Shown: positions 1 through 10,105, numbered from the stretch's first letter. The stretch is DNA of 64,000 nucleotides from a bacterium (GCA_043817685.1 JBDRGQ010000004.1:10842-74841); one strand, 5' to 3'. Numbers and translations are program-made. Notes: a model not told the origin generated them from the sequence alone.

Positions 1-254
1 ATTTTTTCTGGATCTATGTTTTCTGGATTTATCTTTACTTTTCTTTCTCCAATCCATTCTATTTGTGCCCCCATTCTTTTTAATATTTCAATATAGTCTG
101 TAACGTCAGAAACCAAGGGAAGATTATCTATTATAGATGGTTCTTTCGAAAGCAAAACAGCAGACAAACAAGCTCCGGCTGAATTTTTATATCCTGCAAT
201 TTCCACTTCTCCAGATAAATTAACCCCTCCCTTTATTAGGAATTTGTCTTGCAT
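1..254 (-). CDS. murA: UDP-N-acetylglucosamine 1-carboxyvinyltransferase, N-terminal part (runs off window start)
   Basis: Manual translation of minus strand from ATG at 254: MQDKFLIKGGVNLSGEVEIAGYKNSAGACLSAVLL...DNLPLVSDV, matching the MurA N-terminus (LxGxVxIxGxKN, NxPxxxDV). Absent from the ORF track because it is truncated. Confidence 0.88.
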   Translation of the reverse strand, partial: MQDKFLIKGGVNLSGEVEIAGYKNSAGACLSAVLLSKEPSIIDNLPLVSDVTDYIEILKRMGAQIEWIGERKVKINPENIDPEK

Positions 255-289
255 AATTAGTATTTTTACTCTACAATAAATGATAACTT

Positions 290-1291
290 ATGTCAAAAAA
301 GACTAAAAAAATAGTCTGCATTGGTGGTGGTACTGGTACATTCACCGTTCTTTCTGGTTTGAAAAAATATCCAATTTCTTTATCTGTTATCGTCTCAATG
401 TTTGATAGTGGCGGAAGCAATAAAGTAATTCGGGATGAGTTCGGGTTGTTACCCACTAGCGATTTAAGGCAATGTTTTGTTGCTTTGGCAGAAGACGGCA
501 ATGGGTTAGAACATACATTAAGAGAGCTTTTCATGTATCGATTTTATAAGGGCGACGGAATAAATGGGATGACTTTCGGAAACTTATTTATGGCAGCTCT
601 TAGCGATATTCTGGGTTCGCAGAGAATGGCGATAAAAAAAACTGGTCAAATTTTAAAAATAAAAGGAAAAGTTATTCCAGTCAGTCTGAACGATTCAAAT
701 CTGGTGGCAGTCTATGAAAACGGGAAAACATTAATCGGAGAAAGTTTGATAGATGAGCCGAAACACAACGGAAAAATGAAAATAAAGAAAGTTTATTTAA
801 AACCAAGCGCTAAGGCATGCCCGGAAGCCATAAAAGAAATCATGGATGCCGATTTGATTGTCATTGGTCCGGGAGATTTATATACTAGTTTGATACCAAA
901 TTTATTGGTCGGTGGGATTAAAAAGGCCCTGAATAAAACAAAGGCTAAAGTAGTTTATATTTTGAATCTAATGACTAGATATGGTCAAACTTACAGATTT
1001 AAGGCCAGCGATCACATTTATGCTCTAGAAAAATATTTAGGAAAGAATAATATAGATTTTGTTTTGATAAATTCAAAACCAATTCCTTCCTCATTAATAA
1101 AAAAATATGAAAAACAGAAAGAATCATCTGTCTTAGATGATTTAAAAGATGATTATTTTAAGATAATAAGAAAGGATTTATTAAATCAAGGAGAAGCAAA
1201 GATGATTCCTGGTGATATTCTGAAAAGAAGTCTTATCCGTCATGACTCTAGAAAATTAGCTAAAATGTTAATTAACTTATGCAAGCTGTAA
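290..1291 (+). CDS. yvcK: YvcK/GlmR (UPF0052, gluconeogenesis factor) family protein
   Basis: [24 protein letters not shown] and C-terminal RHD motifs of the YvcK/CofD-like family. Confidence 0.9.
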   Translation: MSKKTKKIVCIGGGTGTFTVLSGLKKYPISLSVIVSMFDSGGSNKVIRDEFGLLPTSDLRQCFVALAEDGNGLEHTLRELFMYRFYKGDGINGMTFGNLFMAALSDILGSQRMAIKKTGQILKIKGKVIPVSLNDSNLVAVYENGKTLIGESLIDEPKHNGKMKIKKVYLKPSAKACPEAIKEIMDADLIVIGPGDLYTSLIPNLLVGGIKKALNKTKAKVVYILNLMTRYGQTYRFKASDHIYALEKYLGKNNIDFVLINSKPIPSSLIKKYEKQKESSVLDDLKDDYFKIIRKDLLNQGEAKMIPGDILKRSLIRHDSRKLAKMLINLCKL

Positions 1292-2538
1292 TATTGGCAG
1301 CGGGAGAAAGTTCCCGCTTCTGGCCATTAAACCAAAAGCACAAGTCCCTTTTTAAGATAATGGGTAAACCTTTGATTTGGTATACAATTGATGGTTTAAA
1401 AAGGGCAGGGATTAAAGAAATTATTATTGTGCAGGATCCGGAAAAAAACATCGAGCAAGAATTAAAAGATTACAATTTAGAGGTAAAAATTCAATATGTG
1501 GTTCAATCGGAGCCAAAAGGAATGGGAGATGCTGTATTTCAAACAAAAGAATTAATTAATGATTCATTCTTTATTTTAAACCCCTATTATTTTGGTATAG
1601 AGAAAATAATAAAAGGGATGATAGATAAGAAACAAAAAATTAATACAGATTGGGTTATACTCACCAAAGAGGATGATTCTAATCCTTGGGATTATGGCAC
1701 CGTCGTTTTAGAAGAAGTTGGTAAAGTTAGAACAGATAGGATAGTAGACATAAAAGAAAAGCCGACAATGGGGAAAGAGCCCTTTTATGAATATGAGGAT
1801 AGTGATGCCGTCTATATAAAGGCAGTAGGGATTTATTTTCTTTCCCAGAAATTTTTTGATTACTATAAAAAAGTTGAAAAAAAACATAATAATTTTGAAG
1901 ATACACTTAAGCTATTCGCGAAAGAAGAATTTGTAAGAGAATTTAGAAATGGAGAAGAGATGATTAGTTTGAAATACCCTTGGCATTTATTTGAAGTGAA
2001 TCGGTATTTAATGAATAAATATTTAGGAGATAAACCGTACATTGGGCAAAATGTGAAAATCTTCGAGAACGCAGTGATTAAAGGACCTTGTTATATCGGA
2101 GATAATTGTATAATTGGAAATAATGCTTTGATCCGTGAATATACCAACATAGAGGATAATGTGATGGTTGGCGCTAACGCCGAAATCACAAGGTGTATTT
2201 TTCAAAAAGACGTGCATGTCCATTCTGGATATTTTGGAGATTCAATTTTTGGGAAAGGATGTCGTGTGGGAGCAGGAACTATTACGGCCAACGTTAGAGG
2301 TGATAGGCAGAATATAAAAACTGTTGTTAAGGGCGAGAAGATAGAAACGGGTTTGACTAGTCTTGGAGTGATAGTTGGAGATAATAGTAAATTTGGTATT
2401 CATGCCGGGACAATGCCCGGAGTTTTAATCGGCAGAGACTGTTCAGTTGGTCCTGGGACTTTAGTTTTTGAAAATATAGAAGATAACATTCTCTTTTATT
2501 CTGAGTTTAAGGGAGTAAAGAAAAAACTTTCCGCTTGA
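1279..2538 (+). CDS. Bifunctional sugar-1-phosphate nucleotidylyltransferase/acetyltransferase (archaeal-type GlmU-like)
   Basis: [14 protein letters not shown] nucleotidyltransferase motif, YPW motif, then hexapeptide LbH repeats and GAGTITAN. Confidence 0.82.
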   Translation: MQAVILAAGESSRFWPLNQKHKSLFKIMGKPLIWYTIDGLKRAGIKEIIIVQDPEKNIEQELKDYNLEVKIQYVVQSEPKGMGDAVFQTKELINDSFFILNPYYFGIEKIIKGMIDKKQKINTDWVILTKEDDSNPWDYGTVVLEEVGKVRTDRIVDIKEKPTMGKEPFYEYEDSDAVYIKAVGIYFLSQKFFDYYKKVEKKHNNFEDTLKLFAKEEFVREFRNGEEMISLKYPWHLFEVNRYLMNKYLGDKPYIGQNVKIFENAVIKGPCYIGDNCIIGNNALIREYTNIEDNVMVGANAEITRCIFQKDVHVHSGYFGDSIFGKGCRVGAGTITANVRGDRQNIKTVVKGEKIETGLTSLGVIVGDNSKFGIHAGTMPGVLIGRDCSVGPGTLVFENIEDNILFYSEFKGVKKKLSA

Positions 2539-2563
2539 CAGAAGAGCTTTATTTTTATAGCTT
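2535..2563 (+). promoter_or_regulatory. Putative sigma70 promoter of an orphan intergenic transcript
   Basis: TTGACA at 2535-2540, with an imperfect -10 (TAGCTT) about 17 nt downstream. Confidence 0.5.
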
Positions 2564-2569
2564 AATAAC

Positions 2570-2844
2570 ATTGTGGCGGAGAAACACTGGCTCTGTTACT
2601 TTTGTATCTTGGTTCTTTAGAAAGGGGGTGATGTCTATTGCTTGCATTTTTATACGTATGATATAACAGATGAAAGGAGATTTGCCTATTTTATAATCCT
2701 ATCTCATTCCAAAAATCTATTTAAAAAGAATAAGCTTATTAAACGGAGGAGATTCTCCTGCGTATATAATGAAAGTAATTCCTTTCATTAATCGTATTAA
2801 TGACGATATCACGTCGGGTCCTGTAATTTCAGGACCCTTTTTTT
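2570..2844 (+). ncRNA. Candidate structured RNA or small-ORF transcript (~270 nt)
   Basis: Bounded by a promoter and a strong terminator. 5' hairpin 2573-2599 (9 bp, 3 G-U); long-range pairings 2628-2635/2805-2812 and 2651-2658/2759-2766; SD-like GAAAGGGGGTGA; possible 49-aa ORF 2642-2791. Confidence 0.45.
2816..2844 (+). terminator. Rho-independent terminator
   Basis: GGGTCCTG-taattt-CAGGACCC perfect 8-bp stem followed by T7. Confidence 0.85.
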
Positions 2845-2860
2845 GTGCTATACTTTAAAA

Positions 2861-3799
2861 ATGATTTCAAAAGAAAATAAAAAATATGTTATTGGAGTTG
2901 ACGGCGGAGGGGCCAAAACCATAGCTGTTTTGGCTGATTTGGATGGGAAAATTCTTAAGATGGCAAAAGAAGGATCTTCTCACCCGAGGAACATTGGAAT
3001 GAAGAGAGCAATAGATACTCTTGCTTTGGTCATTGAAAAAGTAATGCCAGGGAATAAAGAAGTTTTAGCTGTTTTTATTGGTTTGCCGGCGATGGAAGAA
3101 GAGTTTAAATTTAAAAAAGAAAAAATAAGAAAAGAATTGCTAAAGCGTAAAAAGATTTCTCCTATTTTTAAAGGGAAATTGGTAATAGGATCAGATCAAT
3201 TGGTTGGTTTTAGGTCGGGAACAGATAAAAAAGAAGGAGTTGTTTTAATAGCTGGTTCAGGTTGTGCCATCCATGGTTGGAGGGGAGGGAAAGAGATTAA
3301 AGTTGATGGCTGGGGTTATTTGAGCGAATTGGGGTCATCTTTCAGAATTGGGCAAAGGGCGCTGCAGGAAATGTTTAAAGATTTGGACGGGAGATCTCCA
3401 AAAACCCTGATTACGAATTTAATTTTTAAGAAATTGAAAGTTAAAAACAAAGAAAGTCTTATTAAAAGAATCTATTCTAAAAACCCCATAGATATAGTGC
3501 CATCTTTTGCAATTTTGGTCGACAAGGCGGCTGAAAAAAAAGATAAAGTGGCCAAAGATATACTTCAAGAGGTGGCAGAGGAATTGGTTTCATCTGCCAG
3601 AGTTGTAATTAAAAAGTTGAGATTCCAAAATAAATGTTTCCCTGTAGTCTTAATAGGTAGTATGTTTAAATCAAAAATAGTATTAGATAGAGTAAAGAAA
3701 GGGATTAAAAGAATCGTTCCTAAGGTTAAATTTATTAAACCCCAGAAAGAGCCGGTTGTCGGAGCGGTAAAATTGGTTTTGGAACAAGTAGAAGAATGA
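2861..3799 (+). CDS. BadF/BadG/BcrA/BcrD family sugar kinase (N-acetylglucosamine/MurNAc kinase-like)
   Basis: IGVDGGGAKT, IAGSG and DGWGY motifs. Start moved to ATG 2861, 6 nt after TGcTATACT. Confidence 0.8.
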   Translation: MISKENKKYVIGVDGGGAKTIAVLADLDGKILKMAKEGSSHPRNIGMKRAIDTLALVIEKVMPGNKEVLAVFIGLPAMEEEFKFKKEKIRKELLKRKKISPIFKGKLVIGSDQLVGFRSGTDKKEGVVLIAGSGCAIHGWRGGKEIKVDGWGYLSELGSSFRIGQRALQEMFKDLDGRSPKTLITNLIFKKLKVKNKESLIKRIYSKNPIDIVPSFAILVDKAAEKKDKVAKDILQEVAEELVSSARVVIKKLRFQNKCFPVVLIGSMFKSKIVLDRVKKGIKRIVPKVKFIKPQKEPVVGAVKLVLEQVEE

Positions 3800-4377
3800 A
3801 GAAGATAGAATTGAAAAATGTGAATATCAAAGAATTGGCAGGGTTCTTGCGAGAAGGAAAGGTAATGGTTTGTCCAACAGACACTGTTTATGGAATTATT
3901 TGTAATGCGAATGACAAAAAAGCGGTTGATAGACTTTTTAAAATAAAGAAAAGAGACAGAAAGAAGCCGATCCCTATTTTTATTAAGGATATAAAAATGG
4001 CAAAATCTGTTGCTATTATAAATGATCAACAGGAAAAATATTTAAAATCAATTTGGCCAGGAAGAATAACTGCGATCTTGAAGCCCAAAATAAAATTTCC
4101 TTCGGGCATAGGAAAAAACAAAATAGAGATTGGTTTAAGAATTCCTAAATATACATTAATTAATAATTTATTATCTCTTTTTAATTCTCCTATTACTGGA
4201 ACATCCGCCAATATTTCTGGGGAATCTTCTTCAACAAAGATTAAAGAGGTTATTTTTCAATTTGAGAGGCAAAAATATCAACCAGACGTAATTATCGATG
4301 GTGGCAATCTGTCTAAAAATAAACCATCGACAATTATAAATTTAACTATTTATCCATCAAAAATATTAAGAAAATGA
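3796..4377 (+). CDS. tsaC: L-threonylcarbamoyladenylate synthase (TsaC/YrdC)
   Basis: PTDTVYGI, KKRxxxKP, WPG and TSANISG motifs. Confidence 0.92.
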   Translation: MKKIELKNVNIKELAGFLREGKVMVCPTDTVYGIICNANDKKAVDRLFKIKKRDRKKPIPIFIKDIKMAKSVAIINDQQEKYLKSIWPGRITAILKPKIKFPSGIGKNKIEIGLRIPKYTLINNLLSLFNSPITGTSANISGESSSTKIKEVIFQFERQKYQPDVIIDGGNLSKNKPSTIINLTIYPSKILRK

Positions 4378-5426
4378 GGATTTTAGCGATAGAAACATCA
4401 TGTGATGACACAAGCGTAGCTTTAGTTGATATTAAAGGTTCTAATTTTAAAATATTAGAAAATATTATTTCTTCGCAGATTAAAATACATAAAAAATGGG
4501 GAGGGGTAGTCCCCAATTTGGCTAGAAGGGAGCACCAAAAAAATCTTCCGATAATATTGAAAAAGGTTTTAAGCAATAAAGAAAAACCAGACATTGTATC
4601 AGTTACTAAGGGTCCTGGTTTAGAACCATGTCTATGGGTTGGAATTAATTTAGCAAGAGAATTAGCTGAAAAAATAAAAAAACCATTAATCGGGATAAAT
4701 CATATAGAAGCTCATGTGCTTGTTAACTTTATTAGCGAAGATTCTAAGATAAAAATAAATAAAAAACTATTCCCGGCAATTTGTTTAATTGTTTCTGGAG
4801 GGCATACTCAGCTTGTTTTAATGAAGGGTCTGGGAAAATATAAAATAATTGGAGAAACCAGAGATGATGCAGCTGGGGAGTGTTTTGATAAAATAGCTAA
4901 GATCTTAGGGCTTGGATATCCTGGTGGGCCTATTATTGATAATAAAGCAGATCAATGGAGATCTAAATCAATTATTTCCAAGAAAAATATTAAATTACCC
5001 AGACCGATGATGAATCAAAAGAATTATGATTTTAGCTTTTCTGGACTTAAAACGGCAGTACTTTATGATTTTAAGAGTCGTTCTCAAAAAGCTAGAAAGT
5101 CAGAATCATATATTCAAGAGATATCTAGCGAAGCGCAACAGTCAATAATTGATGTTTTAATATCAAAAACAATAAAGGCTATTAAAGAATTTAAAGTTAA
5201 TTCACTCATCCTTGGCGGAGGCGTTACCGCCAGTAAGGAATTGAAAAAACAGTTTAGGGATAAAATAAAAAAAGAATTTCCAAAAGTTGAAATTTTAATT
5301 CCTTCTCCATCATTTTCTACAGACAATGCTTTAATGGTAGCTACAGCTGCTTTCTTACATAAAGATGATAAAAATAAGAACTGGAAGACAATGAAGGCTA
5401 ATGCTAATCTTAAGATAGACAAATAA
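4374..5426 (+). CDS. tsaD: tRNA N6-adenosine threonylcarbamoyltransferase
   Basis: LAIETSCDDT, NHIEAH, VSGGHT, DDAAGECFDK, FSFSGLKT and TDNA motifs. Confidence 0.96.
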   Translation: MRILAIETSCDDTSVALVDIKGSNFKILENIISSQIKIHKKWGGVVPNLARREHQKNLPIILKKVLSNKEKPDIVSVTKGPGLEPCLWVGINLARELAEKIKKPLIGINHIEAHVLVNFISEDSKIKINKKLFPAICLIVSGGHTQLVLMKGLGKYKIIGETRDDAAGECFDKIAKILGLGYPGGPIIDNKADQWRSKSIISKKNIKLPRPMMNQKNYDFSFSGLKTAVLYDFKSRSQKARKSESYIQEISSEAQQSIIDVLISKTIKAIKEFKVNSLILGGGVTASKELKKQFRDKIKKEFPKVEILIPSPSFSTDNALMVATAAFLHKDDKNKNWKTMKANANLKIDK

Positions 5427-5427
5427 T

Positions 5428-5937
5428 ATGAACTGGAATACATCTTTTTTTGAATTAATAAATCAATATGCTGGAAAGAGTGTATGTCTTGATAGTTTGG
5501 CCATCTTTTTTGCTGAATACTTACAATATGTTTTAGTTTTTATTTTTGTAATTTTATTAATCAAAAATTTCGATAAATATCTTCCCTTAATTTTAAGAAT
5601 TGTAGCGGCCGGTATTCTAGCTAGAATTATTATTACTGAAATAATAAGACTTGTTTGGGAAAGGCCAAGACCGTTTATTGAGAATAATGTAAATCTTATA
5701 TTGGAACATTCTCCTTTGGCTTCTTTCCCTTCTGGTCATGCTTCGTTATTCTTTGCTGTATCTACCGTAATATATCTTTATAATAAAAAAGCTGGCATAT
5801 TATTTTTCATTGCCAGTTTCTTAATTTCTATCTCTAGAGTTTTTGCTGGGATTCATTGGCCAGCCGATATAATAGCTGGAGCTTTAGTTGGAATATTCTC
5901 GGGTTGGTTAATAGTTAGATTTTTAAAGCAATCCTAG
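5428..5937 (+). CDS. PAP2-family phosphatase (undecaprenyl-diphosphatase BcrC-like)
   Basis: RPRPF, SFPSGH and SRVFAGIHWPADI motifs, with TM segments. Confidence 0.88.
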   Translation: MNWNTSFFELINQYAGKSVCLDSLAIFFAEYLQYVLVFIFVILLIKNFDKYLPLILRIVAAGILARIIITEIIRLVWERPRPFIENNVNLILEHSPLASFPSGHASLFFAVSTVIYLYNKKAGILFFIASFLISISRVFAGIHWPADIIAGALVGIFSGWLIVRFLKQS

Positions 5938-6021
5938 TGCCGCGGGTGGGACTCGAACCCACACAGGATTGCTCCTATACGATTTTGAGTCGTACGCGTA
6001 AACCAATTCCGCCACCGCGGC
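5938..6021 (-). tRNA. tRNA-Leu(CAA)
   Basis: Reverse complement GCCGCGGTGGCGGAATTGGTTTACGCG-TACGA-CT-CAA-AA-TCGTA-long variable arm-GGGTTCGAGTCCC-ACCCGCGGCA; CCA not encoded. Confidence 0.96.
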
Positions 6022-6040
6022 ATATCGCTTTGTTATTCTA

Positions 6041-8080
6041 TTACATTTCTCCTTCTTTTTCAACTTTGTAGCCACATTCTTTATTGGAGCATTTTTCCCA
6101 TTTCTTCCCGCTTTCTATAAGCATTGCATTGCACCTAGGACAGAATTTACCAGTAGGTTTATACCATAAAGCATAGTCGCATTTTGGATAAGTACTGCAT
6201 CCGTAGAAAACTTTTCTTTTTTTAGTTCTTTTGAGGACTATCTTCCCCTTTTTGCACCCGGGACACTTAATGCCCAAATCGTTTTCTTTTAAAGATTCTG
6301 TATATTTGCATTTAGGGAAGTTAGAACAGGCATAGAACTTTCCATATCTTCCTAGCTTTATAATTAGAGGAGACTTGCATTCGGGGCAGATTTTATCTGT
6401 AGGGGTATCAGTAATGTCTTTTTTTTCTATTAATTTATATTTTTCTTCTAAATTATCTATAAAAGGATCATAGAAATCTTCTATTACTGGAAGTAATTTC
6501 TTTTCTCCTTGAGCTATTTTGTCTAATTCTGATTCCATTTCAGCAGTAAATCCCATGTCCACTATTTTGGGGAAATGTTCAACTAACATATTGTTTACCA
6601 CTGTTCCTATTTCAGTCGGTTGGAATCTTCTTTGTTCATTCTTTTCTATATAGTTTTTATCCTGAATATTAGAAAGGATTGGAGCATAGGTAGAAGGTCT
6701 TCCAATGCCATTTTCTTCCAAAGTTTTAATCAAAGAAGCTTCATTGTACCTTGGAAGAGGTTGGGTAAAGTGCTGATTTGGATTTAATTCTTTCAGTTTA
6801 AGTTTTTCTCCTTCTTTTAATTCCGGCAGTTCTTTTTCTTCAAACTTAATAGGATAAACTTTTAAAAATCCATCGAATTTTAATAATTGTCCCATTGTTC
6901 TGAATCCGTAATTTTTAGCTTTAATATCTGCAGTTTGGGTATTAAAGACGGCCTGAGCCATCTGGCTGGCCATAAATCTTTTCCATATAAGATCATAAAG
7001 GCGATGTTGGTTTGAATCTAATTTTAAAGATTCAGGGGTTTTATCGGGATAACTTGGTCTTATTGCTTCATGAGCTTCTTGAGCTCCTTTGCTTTTAGTT
7101 TTGTATTTCCTGAATGATCCTGCCCAGTATTTTTCTCCGTATTCCTTTTTGATAAAATCTTTTGCGGCAAAGAGAGATTGATCAGAAAGATTTAGAGAAT
7201 CTGTCCTATGGTAGGTTATAAATCCTTTTTCATAAAGCTTTTGAGCCGTTCCCATAGTAAACCTAGCTGGAAAGCCGAGTTTTTTGGAAGCTTCTTGTTG
7301 CATAGTAGAAGTAGTAAAGGGAGGATAAGGATTTCTATTAACTTCCTTTTTTTCTATCTTTTCAACTTCGTAATCTGCGTTTTCTAGGTCTTCTATTATT
7401 TGCTTTGCCTCGTTTTCGTTTTTTATCTCTAACTTATCTATTGTTTTCCCGTCTTTTTTTACTAAAAAAGATTCAAACTGATTCTTTCCTTTTTCTAATA
7501 AGGCTACAATGTTCCAGTATTCCTGGGCGATAAAAGCTTGTATTTCTTTTTCTCTTTCGGCAACTAGTCTTAAAGCTACAGATTGAACTCTTCCAGCAGA
7601 TAATCCCCTGGCTATTTTCTTCCATAAAAAAGGAGAAAGTTTATATCCGACAATTCTATCTAAGATTCTCCTGGCTTGCTGGGCACGAACCTTAGACATG
7701 TCTATTTTTCTGGGGTTTTCCAAGGCTTTTTTTATGGCAGTCTTAGTAATCTCATGAAAAACTATCCTTTGATATTCGTTTTCATTTAAGCCCAAAATAA
7801 AAGACAAGTGATAGGCAATGGCCTCTCCTTCCCTGTCTTCATCAGTAGCCAGAATAATTTGATCTGATTCTTTTGCTTCTTTTTTCAATAAATTAACATT
7901 CTTTCTGGCCTTCGGCATTATTATGTATTCTGGCTTAAAATCATTCTCTATATCTATCCCCAGTTTACTTTTAGGCAAGTCTCTTACGTGTCCGTAAGAA
8001 GATAGAACTTTGTAGTTTTTACCAAGGAATTTTGATATTGTAGATGCCTTCGTTGGACTTTCTACGATGACTAAATTCAT
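6041..8080 (-). CDS. topA: DNA topoisomerase I
   Basis: LVIVESPTKA, ATDEDREGEAI, SAGRVQS, ITYHRTDS and three C-terminal zinc ribbons. Start placed at ATG 8080. Confidence 0.97.
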   Translation of the reverse strand: MNLVIVESPTKASTISKFLGKNYKVLSSYGHVRDLPKSKLGIDIENDFKPEYIIMPKARKNVNLLKKEAKESDQIILATDEDREGEAIAYHLSFILGLNENEYQRIVFHEITKTAIKKALENPRKIDMSKVRAQQARRILDRIVGYKLSPFLWKKIARGLSAGRVQSVALRLVAEREKEIQAFIAQEYWNIVALLEKGKNQFESFLVKKDGKTIDKLEIKNENEAKQIIEDLENADYEVEKIEKKEVNRNPYPPFTTSTMQQEASKKLGFPARFTMGTAQKLYEKGFITYHRTDSLNLSDQSLFAAKDFIKKEYGEKYWAGSFRKYKTKSKGAQEAHEAIRPSYPDKTPESLKLDSNQHRLYDLIWKRFMASQMAQAVFNTQTADIKAKNYGFRTMGQLLKFDGFLKVYPIKFEEKELPELKEGEKLKLKELNPNQHFTQPLPRYNEASLIKTLEENGIGRPSTYAPILSNIQDKNYIEKNEQRRFQPTEIGTVVNNMLVEHFPKIVDMGFTAEMESELDKIAQGEKKLLPVIEDFYDPFIDNLEEKYKLIEKKDITDTPTDKICPECKSPLIIKLGRYGKFYACSNFPKCKYTESLKENDLGIKCPGCKKGKIVLKRTKKRKVFYGCSTYPKCDYALWYKPTGKFCPRCNAMLIESGKKWEKCSNKECGYKVEKEGEM

Positions 8081-8099
8081 ATTTTTTGAGTGTAGCACT

Positions 8100-10061
8100 T
8101 TAATTTAATATTTCAAAACTTCTTTTAGATATTGCATCAGACAGCATCTGACAATAAAGATTCAATCCAACCTGGTTTATGTTGCCGGATTGTTCTCTCC
8201 CTAATATATTTCCCGCTCCTCTAATCTCCATGTCTCTTAGAGATATTTTATATCCTGAGCCAAGCTCTTCAGCTTCTTTTAAAGCTTTTAATCTTAGTTT
8301 GGCCTTATCTTTTAATTTCTTTCCATATAGAAAATAGGAAAAAGCCTTTATTCGGGATCTGCCCACTCTTCCTTTTATCTGATAGGCCTGGGCCAATCCC
8401 AATCTGGAAGCATCGGCAACTATCAAAGTGTTAACATTGGGAAGATCTAAACCGTTTTCAATAATAGTAGTTGCTATTAAAACGTCAATCTTTTTATTTT
8501 GAAACTCTTCCATTACTCTTATCAATTCTTTTTCTCTGAGCTTCCCATGGACTATTCCAATTTTAGCTTCAGGAACCAATTCTTCCAGAGATTTCTTTAT
8601 TATATCTATGTTTTCTACTCTGTTGTGCAGATAATATATTTGCCCTTTTCTTTTTAGTTCTTGTTTTATAGCTTCTTTCACAGTGTTTTTTGACCACAAA
8701 GCTAAGTTTATATTAACAGGGAGTCTTCCTTCTGGAGGAGTTTGGATTAGGCTAATATCTTTTAAAGAAGACAAGGAAAGATAAAGAGTTCTGGGTATCG
8801 GAGTGGCAGAAAGAGACAATATGTCTAAGGAAGTTCTGAGTTTTTTTAATTTCTCTTTTTGTCTTACTCCAAATCTTTGCTCATCGTCTATTATAAATAA
8901 TCCAAGGTTTTTGAATTCGATGTCTTTAGACAGTAAGCGATGGGTTCCAATGATTATATCAATCTTTCCTTTGTTTATTTCTTCTACCAATTCTTTTTGC
9001 TCTTTCTTAGTCTGAAGGCGGGAAATCAATCCAATTGTTACTGGAATGTTCTTTAATCTCTTTTTGAAATTCTGGAAATGTTGGTCAGCTAAAATAGTGG
9101 TTGGGCAGATTATAGCTACTTGGTATCCGGACTCGGCCGCCATCAAGGCAGTTCTTATGGCGATTTCTGTTTTTCCAAAGCCAACATCTCCGCAAACTAT
9201 TCTATCCATAGGTTTAGTTTTTTGAAGATCGTTTTTTATATCTTCTAAAACTTGTATTTGATCAGGTGTTTCTTCAAAGGGAAAACTTAAGGCTAATTGT
9301 CTGTCTAAATCGTCATCAGTCAAATAGGGAGGACGAATTGTTATTTCTCTTTTGGCAGCTATATCTAGAATCTCTTTGGCCAGTTTTTCTGTCTCTTCTC
9401 TTATTTTCTTTTTAGTTTTCTGCCATAAAGAAGATCCTAATCTAGATATTCTAGGTTCAGTAAACCCCACATATCTAGACAGTTTTCTTTCCAAGCCGAC
9501 AGGAACATATAATTTATCTTCTGAAGCATATTCTAATAAATAGTATTTTTGGTTATTCATTAATACTTGCTGGGCGTATTTTCCTATCCCGTGATCTAAA
9601 TGAACTAGATAATCTCCAGACTTTAGATTATTTAAATCGGAGAATAGTTTCTGAGATTTGAGTTTCTTTTTAAGGATTGTTTTAACGCTTTCTTCGCTCT
9701 CTATTTCTATGGGTAGCTTTTCTATGTTTTCAATTTCATTTCCAAGGAAATCTAATCTGACAGCATACATAGAGTTGATAGGAAATATTTCAATAATCCC
9801 TCCTTTTTGGGAGAATTCTCCGGGAAAGGACACTTTCAATACTTTCTCGTATCCCATTTCATCTATTTTTCTTAAAAGTTCAGAAAAGTTAATCTTTTGG
9901 TTCTTTTGTAGGAAAAGAGTATTGTCTTGGAAAAAAGACTGAGTTTTCCTTACTTTTAATATTTTTTTTATATTATCTTCAATCCAAAGATTCCCCTTTT
10001 CTAAAAAGTAGGGGGTAATAGCACATATCAATATCTTTTCAGCTTCTCTTGACAAATTCAT
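8100..10061 (-). CDS. mfd: Transcription-repair coupling factor, shortened (partial UvrB-homology module, RID and SF2 translocase; no C-terminal TRCF domain)
   Basis: GDYLVHLDHGIG (RID), CGDVGFGKTE, SATPIPRTL, QIKGRVGR and DMEIRGAGNILGREQSG motifs; 653 aa. Confidence 0.9.
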   Translation of the reverse strand: MNLSREAEKILICAITPYFLEKGNLWIEDNIKKILKVRKTQSFFQDNTLFLQKNQKINFSELLRKIDEMGYEKVLKVSFPGEFSQKGGIIEIFPINSMYAVRLDFLGNEIENIEKLPIEIESEESVKTILKKKLKSQKLFSDLNNLKSGDYLVHLDHGIGKYAQQVLMNNQKYYLLEYASEDKLYVPVGLERKLSRYVGFTEPRISRLGSSLWQKTKKKIREETEKLAKEILDIAAKREITIRPPYLTDDDLDRQLALSFPFEETPDQIQVLEDIKNDLQKTKPMDRIVCGDVGFGKTEIAIRTALMAAESGYQVAIICPTTILADQHFQNFKKRLKNIPVTIGLISRLQTKKEQKELVEEINKGKIDIIIGTHRLLSKDIEFKNLGLFIIDDEQRFGVRQKEKLKKLRTSLDILSLSATPIPRTLYLSLSSLKDISLIQTPPEGRLPVNINLALWSKNTVKEAIKQELKRKGQIYYLHNRVENIDIIKKSLEELVPEAKIGIVHGKLREKELIRVMEEFQNKKIDVLIATTIIENGLDLPNVNTLIVADASRLGLAQAYQIKGRVGRSRIKAFSYFLYGKKLKDKAKLRLKALKEAEELGSGYKISLRDMEIRGAGNILGREQSGNINQVGLNLYCQMLSDAISKRSFEILN

Positions 10062-10100
10062 TCAATTAAGTATAATATAAGATTATAGTTTTATTGTCAA
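10049..10100. promoter_or_regulatory. Overlapping divergent sigma70 promoters (mfd on minus strand; RNA-GGDEF cassette on plus strand)
   Basis: Plus: TTGACA 10049-10054, 16 nt, TATAAT 10071-10076. Minus: TTGACA at 10100-10095, with TATTAT/TATACT just upstream of the mfd ATG. Confidence 0.7.
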
Positions 10101-10105
10101 TTTGC

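Noticed and set aside
2570-2844. glmS ribozyme or SRP RNA
   Set aside because: Despite the amino-sugar context, I found no AGCGCC...GACGAGG glmS core and no SRP helix-8 motif.
5938-6021. Integrative element at either tRNA-Leu
   Set aside because: Both tRNAs are flanked by housekeeping genes. No duplicated tRNA 3' end or integrase was seen; their similarity is ordinary paralogy.
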